Source of the DNA: the human T2T-CHM13v2.0 reference genome, Homo sapiens
DNA length: 64,000 bases
NCBI RefSeq assembly: GCF_009914755.1
Contig: NC_060943.1
Direction: 5' to 3' (one strand)
Under the pieces are notes generated by a model that was given only the letters and a program-made list of their open reading frames with translations, was not told the origin of the DNA and did not search any database. Within the stretch, counting starts at the first letter, position 1. Each line of letters starts with the position of its first letter. Of the stretch, positions 29,648 to 52,985 are shown piece after piece. Both the position numbers and the translations under genes were made by a program.

Positions 29648-30351
29648 TAGAGCATCCCATTGTGTCATTGTCCTATAACTCATTTAACCTATCTCCTCCT
29701 CATGGATGTTCAGATTGTGTTCAATCTTTCATCATAACAAATGCTAATGCTGCTGCAGTGGATTACCACAGAAGCATGTTCCTTCACACATGCGTAAGTA
29801 AATCCGTACAATATATTTCTAGAAGTGGAATTTCTCAGTAAGAAAGTACAGGCATCCACATTTTGCTAAAGTGCCCACCATAAAGGTTGTTCCACGTTGC
29901 ACGTCCACCAATAACATATGAAAATTCAAGCGCCATTGAAACCCATAAAATATGGATTTTCCCTTGAAAAATTAGAAGAGCTAACAACACTGGGTTTGAT
30001 TTCAGCTTGGGAACAATTGGGTGGTGTCTGGTGGTACTGCCCACTTCAGCAAAACACACTCTCTCCCTTTTTTCCACACTCCCCACCCCTCCCTATTACT
30101 TCCCAATGCCCCCACTCTGTATCAGTGTCTGATTAGGATCATGCTTGAGGTGACCATTGCCATTTCATAGGTGACGTTACTTTACAACCTTGAGAATATT
30201 GAGGCCAAAAGAGTCACTTATTTGAAGAAAATGCCAGACCCTTTCCAACCAAAATGGTTGTGCCATTTTATACTCCCACCAACACTGTGTGCTCCTTCCA
30301 GCCACCCCACATCCTCACCAACATTTGATGTTGCTAATCTCTTCATTTTTA

Positions 30352-31856
<1,505 letters not shown>

Positions 31857-32022
31857 TAATCCTCCCCATTTGATGCAAGTGAAGTTGGGGACACATTGAA
31901 AAAAAAATCCTGGCTATGCTGTGGCAGGCATAGTGCCCAGTGATTCACAAGCAGCTTCCCACTGTCATCCTCACCACAACCTACAGATTCAAAAAAAAAA
32001 ATGTTTACCCAGTTTTAGATGA

Positions 32023-32406
<384 letters not shown>

Positions 32407-32440
<34 letters not shown>
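32407..32440. repeat. (AC)17 microsatellite
   Basis: Direct reading. Confidence 0.95.
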
Positions 32441-32443
<3 letters not shown>

Positions 32444-32552
32444 TCATTATAGGCACTCATTCATATGGCAGCTCAGGATTCTAACCCACACACAGCCTGG
32501 AAAGTTCCATCCTCTGAATGCCTCTCAGCCTCCTCCCCATCTCCTCGATGCA

Positions 32553-32566
32553 GTTTCCATAGCAAC
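32553..32566 (+). promoter_or_regulatory. RFX X-box GTTTCCATAGCAAC
   Basis: 14-bp consensus match in unique sequence. Confidence 0.7.
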
Positions 32567-33506
32567 AGGCAGAGCCTGCCTGCATCCCAGACCCCCAGCG
32601 AAGGCTGCTAAGGACCAGGGCAGGGCGATGGGGGAGAAGCCGAGCAGGGGGAGGGAGCAGGCCTACTGTACCCCATCGGAGATTCAGGTTGGGCATATTA
32701 AAACTTAAAATGTGCACATTTAAAATGATGTCCTTGACGAAGGGCAAAACCCAGCCATGTGTGCTTTGCCAACAGGCGTGGAAATCACAGGTTTCTGTTC
32801 CGTGGCAGCCGCCAGCACCGATGATACAAACAGCCTTTGTTGTCTAAAGATTAGTCATTTGATTGACTGATTATACCAACAAATATTTGTTGATTGCCTA
32901 CTGTTTGCCAGACCTTGTGCGAGGCGGCAGCATCCAACACAGATGTAGTCTTTGTTCTCATTGGAGTTGACAACTTATTGAGACAGATAATAAATAGATA
33001 TTGAAGTGGATATAGCTATAGAGCTAGGGCTGGAGACTGAGGAAAGAAAAGAACTTCTGTCTGAGGAATGTGAGGGCTTTCAAATGATCGGGGCCGGAGA
33101 AGCATTAAAATGACGCAGCAGTCACACCCTACTCCCAGCTTTCAGAATCTCTTGAAACTGCTTGCTATTGCCATAAGTAGCTGCAAATTAAACAGTCCCC
33201 AGTGGGACACTAAAACCCATACCCTATAGCTTAACAATTGTCAGCAGTAAAAACCAGATTCTGCCAAATATTTAAAGAGGTTTATTGTGAACCAGGATGA
33301 GTGACCGAAGCCTGGGGTTACACAGTCTCCAGAGGTCCTGAGGAGGTGCGCCTGAGGTGGTCATGTTCCGGTTTGGTTGCACACATTTCGAGGAGACAGG
33401 AATTGCAGGTAAAATCATAAATCAATACACTGAGGGTATACATGAGCTCGGCCTGAACCCGTGGACATCTTGAAGTCAGGGGCTTACAAGTCATAGTAGG
33501 TTTTAA

Positions 33507-33870
<364 letters not shown>

Positions 33871-34203
33871 TTAAGGATTCTTTAGTTGGCAATTTGAAAG
33901 AGTTACACTTTGTTTAAAGCAACTCAGTAGAAAGAAATGCTGAAGTTAAGGGGGTCTGGTCTCCATCACACGATGCTATACCAGAGATGGGTTGGAAGTC
34001 AGCCACCTGATACTGCGTTAATAAAAGAACCTGCTTAACAAGATTTTATGGTTTGTAGAGTGTGACTACCTGGGCCACCTAGATAGGAATTTAGGTAAGA
34101 GAGAAAAAGGTCGCAGAGTCCTCACAATGCACACCTAATCACTAACCAATGTTATTTCTGTAAATTGTAAACAAAAAAATAAAATTCTAAGCCCCCCAAC
34201 CTA

Positions 34204-34845
<642 letters not shown>

Positions 34846-35567
34846 AAATTCACTTGTAACTGCTGCTAATCAGAGTGTGAATCAGGGGAAGTCAAATCTG
34901 TGCTCTTGGGTTGTAATCCTCAAGCTTGGCCCAAATAAACTCTTAAATTAGTTTTGCCTCAGCTTCTTCCTTTTAGGTTGAAAGGATAGAGACACACACA
35001 TATATGCATACGTATTTTACCATAATCTATATGTACATAGGTAGCACCATATAGAACAAAATTTTTTGTAGTTTTGTCTTTTGACATTGGAAAGCACAGC
35101 TCTAAAAACTACTAAGAAAAAATATATCAGGATAAAAATAAAAAGAGCAGCAGATTGTGACGGTGAATGAATACTTTGCACAAAATATTTTGTTTCAGGA
35201 CGTCCAGGTCGTAGCCAGGAATTGACATTTCGACAAGCCCCTACCTGAACCAGGTGACCACCTTGGTAGCAGACCCCAGGCAGGCAGGCAGGCAGGGAGT
35301 CCTCAGATCCTCCCAACAGCCCTGCTAGCTAAGGATGGTGATCACACCTGCTGCAGAAGAGTGGACCGAGGCTTCAGAGGGGAAAGCAGTGACCAAAGAT
35401 CAGATTGTGCCTCTCCATCTCTTCCCAAATAATAAATACAGGTATTTATTGTACCCCTGCTCTGTGCCCACACGGGGCTTTTACATCCACGCATTCTGTG
35501 CTCAAGGGCATGGAAAATTCCAGCCTGAAAGCCTTGCTTGCCCCATCCTGTCCCCCACACTGCAGTG

Positions 35568-35581
35568 GTTTCCATAGCAAC
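35568..35581 (+). promoter_or_regulatory. RFX X-box GTTTCCATAGCAAC
   Basis: 14-bp consensus match in unique sequence. Confidence 0.7.
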
Positions 35582-36720
35582 AGTCTTGGTCGCAAACATC
35601 CCTTGAGTCCCCTGAAGGGGAGGAGGAGTGGTTGATGTCAGAATAGCCTGGGCTGAGGGTGGTGGGACAAGGGGAAGGATTGAATTCTGCAATTCCCACC
35701 CCACCCCATATTCCTGGTTCACTCAAGCCTTTAGGGTTCATTCAAGGTCTCCTTGAATGGGGTTTTCGTAGAAGAACGAAAAAGGACCTGGGCATGCAAG
35801 TGGCTGCTGGCTCAAAAAAACCAAACAAATAGAAATCCCAGGTTCTCCATGGAGCAGCTGCCGCAGGTGCCTGTGACACCCCCAGCATCTATGCCCACCT
35901 TTCAGTCGCGCCTCATTCCTCCTCCAACACAAGTTGACAGAGAGCATATTATGTGCCAGGGATAATGTTAGGCACTTGAGCATAATTTCAAAAACCTGCT
36001 ATGATGAATAAAAACTGGTCTCCAAAAGCCTCAAGTGTCTCCCCAAAAAAACACAAATGCATGAGGTCCTCTTATTCTCATTTCAAAAGATGTGGGGACC
36101 CTGTTTTCTGGCACGTGGGAACCCCAAACACCTGGAGGAACTAAGAGGAAATGAATGAAACTCAAGACTCAACCATCACCCAGGACCCAAATTACATTAC
36201 TTTTGAGCTCAGCAGAGTGGGGAAAGGTGGCCAGTGGAGACCGTTAAGGGAGACACATTCAGAAATTAACTGCTGTTGATTGCAAGATGCTGCGATGATT
36301 CAACCCAACTCAAAAATCTCAGGACATGTGCTTCCCAGTTGAACTTTTGATGGTTGGAGAGATTCTCAGTAATTGTGTATGGCAGAAAAAGAAGCATATG
36401 GTATATGGAACACACAGCACTGAACATCTGCTTGAGCAAATGTTTGTTTCTTTTTTCTTTTCCATGAAACTGCATAAACTGTCAACGTTTTATTCTAATG
36501 ATTATGGGCCTTTTCATGGGTTATGTTTTTTTCAAAAGCATGCCCATCCTGGCTCTAAAATATCACGGTCCTCAACAGATGGTGGCAGTTTAGAAGGGAG
36601 CGTTTGTGCAAAAGGCCATGGAGAATAAACTTAAGGTGTTTGTCTTCAGAGAGAGAACACAGGCTGAAGAATTAAAAGAGAATGACAAAAACCCACACAG
36701 ATAGGTGTTCTGAAATATAG

Positions 36721-37149
<429 letters not shown>

Positions 37150-37985
37150 TTAGCACCAGCCTGGGCCACATTATTTATTCCTTCTGGCATCCCTCTGCCT
37201 GGTCACAAGCAAACTTAAAACATTGCCAGCTCTGTGTTTTAATAATACCATGTCTTGTAATAGCAAATGACTGGGGAAAAAACCTCAATTTCCCTCCAGA
37301 GGGGGCTGGCCAACTAAGTTCTGATAAATGCATTCGATGGAATGTTATGCAACTGTGTAAAATTCTGAAGAAGTTCTTTAGGGGCTGAACAAGCAGAATA
37401 TACAGTGAAAGGATATATAATAATGAAAAGGGTTGCTATGATTGTGTAAAAGGAGGAAAAGAGAAATAATTACATTGACTTGGTCCAGAAGGAACCTGAA
37501 CTGTAAATCACAGTTCCATGAGGCAAGGGGGTCAGATTTTGTAGCCCCTAACATCAAACATTGGCTGCCCCCAATTGTGGGGAGAGATGAGGTAACCTCC
37601 CGGGTGTCTGTGGATGAGGTGGTTCCAGGGGCAGCTCTTCAGAGGACAAGGTCATTAGCTGCGCCTCACCCACACTGCCTGCCCAAGTGGGGTTGGGGCA
37701 TCCCTGTGTATGTGCTTTCAGAATTTCAAACTTCCTTCCCCATGAACGGAGTCCTGTATTTCATCCGATGGACGATGCTGTCCACTGTGGAGGCACCATT
37801 ATTTCCTAGCCAGGAAGAACAATAAAGCATGGTCAATTAATGCAACTGACTGTAAAAGGCAGCCCAATTCCTGAGACTGTGTAATGAGTGGAAAAAAGTG
37901 AGCAAAGTGGGGAAGAAAGCAAAAGCATCTTAAAGTGAAAAACATGCATTAGCTGTCGTAAACAAACACACACAATGCCCAGGGC

Positions 37986-38173
37986 ACTCCTCCCACAGTG
38001 GAGCACTCACTAAATGAATGAATGACAGGCCCTACCACACCCCAACACACACACACAATCTACCCAGTGTGGGGGGGCTCTTCCCCAGAACTCCTCCCAC
38101 AGTGGAGCACTCACTAAATGAATGAATGACAGGCCCTACCGCACCCCAACACACACATACAATCTACCCAGTG
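37986..38173. repeat. 84-bp direct duplication (37986-38069, 38090-38173)
   Basis: Two mismatches between copies; 20-bp spacer. Confidence 0.95.
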
Positions 38174-38328
38174 GGTGGTGCTTACTGCTCAGCTGAGTAC
38201 TGCTAAAAATTGCCGACAAGACTTACTCTCTGGGTGATTTGATGAAATCCTTGATGCCAGGGGGACCACTGAGTTTAACGGGCGTCTAATCTCCTCACAC
38301 ACCCCCATCCATGTCAAATGGGAGGCCA

Positions 38329-38743
<415 letters not shown>

Positions 38744-38779
38744 TTAGCTGCAGGCGAGATAGGATAGACAAAGAGACCA

Positions 38780-39202
38780 TGTGAGTCAGGGTCCTCTGGA
38801 GACATAGAAGCAACGGGACATTCATTCATTCATTCATTCATTCATTCTCAGGAATTGGCTCTTGCGATTACAGAGGCTGAGAAATCCAGACCCAAGAGGG
38901 CCAGTGGTGTAAATTCCAGTATGAATCTTCATCCCAAGGCAGAGGCAGTCTGAGGTCCCAACTCATGCAGTCAGGAAGAGAGGAAGGATCCTTTCTCACT
39001 CAGCTTTTTGTTTTATGCAGGCTTTTGACTGATGAGACAAGGCCCACCCACACTGTGTAGGGCCATCTGTTTTAGTCAGGGTATAGATTTGAATGCCAAA
39101 CTCAACCAGAAACATCCTCACAGACACCCCAGAAATGATGCCTAGCCAATATCTGGGCACCCTGTGGTCCAGTCAAGTTGACACAATAAATTAACCATCA
39201 CA
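38780..39202 (-). mobile_element. MLT2 (ERVL) LTR
   Basis: aggaattggctc...atctgggcaccctgtggtccagtcaagttgacacaataaattaaccatcaca. Confidence 0.85.
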
Positions 39203-39349
39203 GATACTTTTTCATACATTTTATTATTGTACTAAATATTCTTTTGATAAATTTGGAATTTAGGGTAGGTTGAAGACTGTGAGGAGGGAGTAGAGTGGGG
39301 AAAAGGAGGATTTGAGGTAAGATATGGTTTTGGGGGCAAGATGATATAA

Positions 39350-39773
<424 letters not shown>

Positions 39774-39920
39774 TCTCTCACTCTTTTTCTATCTCTTTAG
39801 TGTAAGTTGCAGATATCATACCCCTCTGCTCCTAAATTTTTCCGTGTATATTTTCTAAGAATAAAGGCATTCTTTTTTCATAGCCACAGTACAATGATTA
39901 CATTGAGAAAATTTAATATT

Positions 39921-40215
<295 letters not shown>

Positions 40216-40918
40216 TTGAGGCATTATATTCATTTTATGCATAGCCCATGTTCACACACAAATTATTCCAACAACTTACTTGATAGCATTTTCCCCCAAT
40301 CCTGGATCAAACCCACCGCTTGTTTAAAGTGGTGTCTGGCACTGTGAAGTTATTTCCCCTCGGGATTAATTGTCTGTGGAAACTGCTTTGAGGCTATGGA
40401 CGGCTCCTGCGTCTTCTCATGCTTGTGCCCACGAGGCCTAGGATCCTTTGATGGTTCTTAGATGCTTTGATGGTCCTGGATCAGATCCAGGATGATGCAT
40501 TCTGTTTAGCCATCTTGTCTCTTGAGTCTTTCTAAATCTGGATTTGAAACCTCAGCTGTTCCTCATCTTCCCGACACTGGCGTTTTTGAGGAATACAGAG
40601 ATTCCGGAGAAGGTCTCCACAATCCAGGTCATTTGTCTGATGCTTCCCTGTTCTTTATTTCAGATTTGCATTTTGGTTCACCAGTGACTTTTTTCTTTCT
40701 CGGCACTATGTTCAACTCGTGATGACAGTTGGTTCCAATGGTGGTGATGTCAGCTTTGATCTCTTGTTAAATGTGGCGTCTGCCACTGTGAGGCTCATTT
40801 CCCCTTGTAACTAGTCATCTGTGGGGAACTCCCATGAAATGACAATGCCCTGCTTCTGCTCATGCTCATGTCCACGGGGTCTAGGGTCTAGGGCCCTTTA
40901 ATAATTCTCTCTCTCTCC

Positions 40919-41892
<974 letters not shown>

Positions 41893-42284
41893 TGAGGCTC
41901 TGCTTCCTTTTCTCACACATTTATTGATTCAGTGTTGATTTTAGGGATTCTGACTTTAGTTTATGGGTTATAATTTATTACGAGCAGAATTTATTTTCAC
42001 TGAAACTGTTCTGGTTTTGAAGTGGGAATCCCTTCAAGCTGGCTGCTGTATCTTTTAGACATTTTTTTAAAAGCTCTTCTTACTTTCAGGTACAATAAGA
42101 CGTTCCAGTCTCCTACTGTCCTTTCCCTGCCCAGCCCAGCAATCAGCCACTTCTCCAAGGAGCCCTGGCTCCCCTGAGTGGAGAATCACATTTAGAAACC
42201 AGCATCTGAGCTCTAAGCGTGCTGTCTCATAAGCTATGTTTGGGAAAGTAGGCTTTATCCTGAAGACAGCAAAGTTTTAACTAG

Positions 42285-42611
<327 letters not shown>

Positions 42612-42704
42612 CATTACCTGCATTTCTAAAAGATGACTCCAGCAGCTAATGTGGAAAATGGATTGGAGAGCCCAGTGTTTCCAGAAATACAGCCCTTCAA
42701 GATC

Positions 42705-43215
42705 AGTCATTTTTCAACAACATGGATGACCCTGGAGAACATTATGCCAAGTGAGATAAGTCAGTCACAGGACAAATACCACATGATCTCCCTTCTATGT
42801 GGAATCCAAAAGGTTGAACCCATAGCAACAGAGAGTGGAACTGTGGTTACCTGAGACTGGGAGATGGGGCGGGTTGAGGAGATGTTGGTTAAAGGGTGCA
42901 AAATTTCAGTTAGGAGGAATAAGTTCAAGAAATCTATTATACAACATGGTGCCTATAGTTAAAAACAATGTTTTGCATTCTTGAAAATTACTAAGCGAGT
43001 AGATTTTTTTTTGTTCCCTATATCTTAGTGCTCAGAAGAAAGCAGATTTTAAGTGTTCTCACCACACATAAGAAAATGACAAGTACGTGCGGTAATGCAT
43101 ACATTAAATAGCTTGACATGGTCATCCCACAACGTCCACATATATCAAAACATAATGGTTGTACCCCATAAATATGCGCAATTTTTATTTGTCAATTAAA
43201 AATAAATAATAAAAG
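42705..43215 (+). mobile_element. L1MA-type 3' end
   Basis: caacatggatgaccctggagaacattatgccaagtgagataag...aggaggaataagttcaag...gtcaattaaaaata. Confidence 0.88.
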
Positions 43216-43553
43216 GAAATTAAAATTGTATTTAAATAAAATTTTATTTTATTAAAAATATGAATATATGGCACTTCATGTCCCATCTTGACGAATTTTG
43301 CCGTATTGGTGTCTTTACTAGGATATTAGACACAATATTTTTTCCTTTAAAATCAGTCTCTGTGATGAAGGGAATTTAAGAATCACTATCATGAATGGAA
43401 ACACTGGTTTCACTTACCATAAGTGGAAAATAAAAATAGACACAAGAGAAAAAGCTCACAAAAATGTGTGTGTGTGTATATATACACATTTTTAATATAT
43501 ATATACACATTTTATATATATATACACATTATATTAGATATGTATATATATAT

Positions 43554-43850
<297 letters not shown>

Positions 43851-44044
43851 TAATATTGATTATATACTGCTGCCAGCCAAGGTTCTGAGCCCAAGACCTC
43901 TTTTGATTTTGTGGAGTTTTTTTTAAATTTTGTTTCATTTTGTTTTGGTTCACAGAAGATGTTGGCAATACCGTTAAAGACGTTCAAACCACACCAAGAC
44001 ATTATCCTTTATGAAACACAAAGGTTCAAAACATACTGAAAAGG

Positions 44045-44333
44045 GGCCGGGCGCGGTGGCTCATGACTGTAATCCCAGCATTTTGGAAGGCTGAGGCAGG
44101 CGGGTCACCTAAGGTCAGGAGTTGGAGATCAGCCTGGCCAACATGGTGAAACCCCGTCTCTACCAACAATACAAATATTAGCCAGGCGTGGTGGCGGGCA
44201 CTTGTAGTCCCAGCTATTCGGGAGGCTGAGGCAGGAGAATTGCTTAAACCCGGGAGGCGGAGGTTTCAGTGAGTGGAGATTGTACCACTACACTCCAGCC
44301 TGGGTGACAGAGCGAGACTCTGTCTCAAAAAAA
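44045..44333 (+). mobile_element. AluS
   Basis: Full dimer. Confidence 0.94.
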
Positions 44334-44500
44334 GAGAAGAGAGGGGAGAGGGGGAGGGGGGAAGGGAGAGAAGAGGAGAGGAGAGGAGAGGAGAGGAGAG
44401 GAGGGGAGGGGAGGGGAGGAGAGGAGAGGAGAGGAGAAGAGAAGAGAAGAGAAGAGAAGAGAAGAGAAGAGAAGAGAAGAGAAGAGAAGAGAGGAAGAAA
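44334..44500. repeat. Polypurine pentamer array (GGAGA/GGGGA/AGAGA)n
   Basis: Pure purine tract extending from the Alu tail. Confidence 0.95.
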
Positions 44501-44529
44501 CTGGAAAGGGTTTCTTTGTTCTTTTGTGA

Positions 44530-44886
<357 letters not shown>

Positions 44887-45559
44887 TGAGAGCAGCCATG
44901 GGGATAGGTCACATCCTGGAAAGAGGTGCAAAGGCAAGTTAATAATTCAGTGAGTCATTCAGTCCCGAATGTGAGCAGAGAGAGGGGGCAACGTGGAGGG
45001 AGCTGCAGGCAGCTCTTGGGAAGGTGAAGTCCACAGGACCTGGGATGGGATTGGACGCTTAGGCGAGCAGGTGAGCAGGAGGGACTTGGACCTGAGTAAC
45101 TTGGTAGGTGAGGGTGGCCTTTGGAGGCAGGCAGGGCAGGGAATCTGGGTGGGATCCTGGGAGGTGTCCATGGTCATCCTCGGGGTGCAATGGTGGGCTG
45201 GACCCGGGAGAAGGCAAATGGTTTGGAGAACAGGCTGAACAGGTTTTTTAGTGGAGGAAGACAATACGACTTGGGTAGAGCTTGATAAAGACAGAAGGGT
45301 TAGAAGCTCATTTCTTCGTGAGCATGCGTGCAGGGAAAACAAGCCATGAGGAGTTGACACAAGTTTCAGTGGCTGCTCAGAACCTCTGCCCTCCAGACCC
45401 CACGGAATTTCCAGAGTGGGGCAGTGCGTACATCCCTGTAATCGAGGAAGGCCGCAGGACAGTGGAGGCGCCATCTCCACACCTAAAACACCTAAGTAAT
45501 ATTGGCCAGTTTCACACATTATCAACCCTAGTTTTTCTTCTTAACTTGCTTCTCCCTAA

Positions 45560-45886
<327 letters not shown>

Positions 45887-45927
45887 CAGTTTTTTGTATA
45901 TTACCTTTTCTTCTTCAGTTCTTATCA

Positions 45928-46128
<201 letters not shown>

Positions 46129-46221
46129 GGAAGTGTCCAAAGAAGTCGGTTTGCCAGAGTGATTTGCCTAACACATTCAGGCAAAGTAGTGAGCATTTTG
46201 CTTTCTGTTTTTGTCTCACTC

Positions 46222-46601
46222 TGTTATGGGCTGAATTCTTTCTCCTCCCACCCCATCAATCCATAGGTTGGCATCCTAACCCCCAGTACCTCAGGATGTA
46301 TTTGGAGATGGGGTCTCTACAGAGGTGATGAAGGTAAAATGAGGCCACTAGCGTGGGCCCTAATGCAAGCTGTCTGGTGTCCTTATAAGAAGAGGAGATG
46401 AGGACACAGACACACACAGAGGGGAGACCTTGGAGGACACGGAGGGAAGACGGCCGTCTGCCAGCCAAGGGGAGAGGCCTTGGGGGAAGCCAGCCCCAGA
46501 TCTTGGACTTCCAGCCTCCAAAACTGTGGGAAAATATATTTCTTTTGTTTAAGCCACATGGATCGTGGGGCTTTGTTAAGGCAGCTGGGCAAACCAATAT
46601 C
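46222..46601 (+). mobile_element. MLT1A-type LTR
   Basis: tgttatgggctgaatt...ctaacccccagtacctcagga...tcttggacttccagcctcca. Confidence 0.88.
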
Positions 46602-47067
46602 CACTCTGTGTTTATATCAATGTGTATTTTCATACAATTATGTACAGCTACAAATAGGAATGCACTCACGCATGTTTATTGGGGCATCAGTAAAGCAAGG
46701 AGGTTGGAGTCTATGTCTTCAGGAACTAACGGGAACCTTACGGCTCTACTGTAGGGAGGGCCCCTGGCTGGGGTAGGTGGGTGGAGAGTCACAGCTCCTG
46801 TCTCCACAGCTTTCCCTACTCACATGGGCAGCTTTTCACCTTCTCTCCCCAGATATGATTTCCATGGCTACAGGGCGATGCTCAAATGAGTCCTCTTGAA
46901 GAAGCAAGGACAAACAGCTTAACAAATCTCACCACTGTACTCCAGCCTGGGCAACAGAGCGAGACTCTGTCTCAAAACAAAAAGCAAAGGAGCCAGCCCG
47001 GGGATGGGGAGGACGGGGGCAGGGCGGCCTCCTATCCCCCGCTTCCATTAATAGACTCCCTCTTACC

Positions 47068-47199
47068 TTTTCTTTCTTCAGTAGAGACAGGGACTCACTG
47101 TGTTGCCCAGCCTTGTCTCAAACTCCTGGGCTCAAGTGATCCTCCTGCCTCCACCTCCCAAAGTGCTGGGATGACAGGTGCGAGCCATGGCACCTGGCC
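47068..47199 (-). mobile_element. Alu left monomer (FLAM)
   Basis: ctcctgggctcaagtgatcctcc. Confidence 0.85.
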
Positions 47200-47310
47200 C
47201 TTTGTGTCTTGTATCCAACTAAAATGCATCCTCAGATAGGGTCTTTGCAGAAGAGTGAAGGTTGTCTGGGTAGGGCCTCTAGAAATCACCCACATCTGGC
47301 AAGGGCATGA

Positions 47311-47836
<526 letters not shown>

Positions 47837-48353
47837 TAAATATATGCCAGAGACTTGGTGGATAAATTCTTATGGAGGTAAGGGTCTGGTGAGGGAGAGA
47901 GATGATAAAAAAGTAAGTGACAAGGAAAGAAGTTATCTTTCTGAATAAGTCAGATAAAAGCAGTGTTTAAGTCAATCAAAACGGAGGCCAGGCCTGGAGA
48001 ATCCCTGTGCAGACCACACCAGCCTCTTGAGTCACCTCAACCCTGCTCGATTTGCATACATAAGTGAAACTTAACTTGAGCTATTTCTTGCAAAGGCGTA
48101 CGTTAAAGAAAAACAGTTTGAGCTCACTGGAGGTTTAAACTCTTGGACTCAGGTGATCCTCCTGCCTCGGTCTCCCAAAACACTGGGATTACAAGTGTGT
48201 GCCACCATACCCAGCCTCCAGTGACCATTTACAAATTTACAACTCGGTGGCATTGAGTACATTCACAGTGCTGTGCAGCCGTCACCACCATTTAGTTCCA
48301 AAGCATTTTCAGCACCTCATGTTAGTCTATTCAGGCTGTTACAAGAAAATTCC

Positions 48354-49652
<1,299 letters not shown>

Positions 49653-49726
49653 AAATCACACAGTGTGTACTCCGTTGAGCCCAGGCGCCTTGAGCTCACA
49701 ATCATGTTTGTGAAATCGATGCATGT

Positions 49727-50036
49727 GGCCGGGCGCGGCGGCTCACGCCTGTCATCCCAGCAGTTTGGGAGGCCGAGGCGGGCGGATCACCTGAGGTCGG
49801 GAGTTCGAGACCAGCCTGACCAATATGGAGAAACCCCGTCTCTATTAAAAATACAAAATTAGCCAGGCATGGTGGCGGGCGCCTGTAATCCCAGCTACTC
49901 CGGAGACTGAGACGGGAGAATCGATTGAACCTGGGAGGCGGAGGTTGTGGTGAGCCTAGATTGTGCCATTGCACTCCAGCCTTGGCAATAAGAGCAAAAC
50001 TCCATCTCAAAAAAAAAGAAAAGAAAAGAAAAAGAA
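49727..50036 (+). mobile_element. AluSp
   Basis: gaccaatatggagaaacc; TSD aaatcgatgcatg / aaattgacgcatg. Confidence 0.94.
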
Positions 50037-50683
50037 ATTGACGCATGCGATTGTGTGTGACTGTGGGGTTGTTCCACGTCGTTGGGACCGTTTGATTCAT
50101 TGTGTATCTTTCCCCGGCATGAATGTATTTTCCATGTATTTATCTGCTCTACGTCACAGATACTCTTTTGAGGACTAGTGATCTCAAATCCACAGTGTTG
50201 ATTCTTTACATTTTATACACCTGTGTCACGACCAGCGGATAAGGATACAGAACATCCCAGCACCCCACCAATTTCCACCCACCTCTCCCCGTGCTGTAGC
50301 CCTTTGCTCCCTCAGCACCAGATGCAACGTCTTTCTGATTTCTGTCGTCACTGATTGCTTTGCCTGTTCTAGGACTTCCTCTAAGTGGAAACATACGCTA
50401 TACATACACTATACGTACTTTTGTGTCTGGCTTCATCTGCTCCACGTGGGGTCTGTGAGGTTCAGCCCTGTGGTTGGCTGCAGCCATGCATCCTTCCTTC
50501 GCAACGCCCTGTAGAATCTCATGGGATGGACACGCTACGCATTTGCATATCCATCCTACTGTGCCTAGTCCTGTGAGTACTTTCCAAATCTGCTGAGTGC
50601 TCCTTTTCCAACAAATATTTTGTTCGGACCCTTTTGACCTTCCTGAAGTGAAATTCATAGATATGAAAATGTTCTGAAATTTT

Positions 50684-52256
<1,573 letters not shown>

Positions 52257-52359
52257 TCGCGTCCTTTTAGGGAATACCAGGGGGATGTATCCCAAGGGTG
52301 GAAGCCCTGCTGAGGTTTTCCAGGGTGGTAGGAGGTGGGTCGGAGTCTCTGCAGTGCCC

Positions 52360-52804
52360 CAGGCTGTGAAGCTTGACTTCAGGTGTCCACCAGAGTGTCC
52401 TGTTCTTTTGTCAAACACCAGCCTCGGTGTCACTGGGAAGGTATTTTTCAGATGAGATTCACATTTACGATCACTTCAATCAAGTAAATCAAGTAAGAGA
52501 GTGTGCCCTCCACAATGTGGTGGGCCTCATTCCGTCAGCTGAAGGTTGAAAGAGCAAAAACTGTGGTTTCCTGGAAAGAAAGAAATTCTGCCTGAAGGCT
52601 GTAGTCACATAGAAATCCTGATTGAACTTCTAGCCTGCCAGCCTGCTCTACAGATGTTGGACTTACCAGCCCCACAATCACAGGAGCCAATTTCTTAAAA
52701 TACATGTTGATAGATGGATAGATGGATAATTATCTTTCTATAGATATAGAGATATAGAGACATGTACATTTCCTTCTCCAAGGGAGACCAACATCCTTGG
52801 AGAG

Positions 52805-52837
<33 letters not shown>

Positions 52838-52985
52838 GTCTCTCCAGGTCACCATTAATATAGACAGAAAACCTATTCAGAAAGAGAGATAAGTATGTAG
52901 ACCATATTTTTTGAGCCCTGTCTCTCTGAGAGAGAGAGAGAGAACCTATTGGTTCTGTTTCTCTGGAGAACCCTGACTGATTACA
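52360..52985 (+). mobile_element. MLT2 (ERVL) LTR
   Basis: gtcaaacaccag...ccacaatgtggtgggcctcat...cctattggttctgtttctctggagaaccctgact. Confidence 0.8.
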
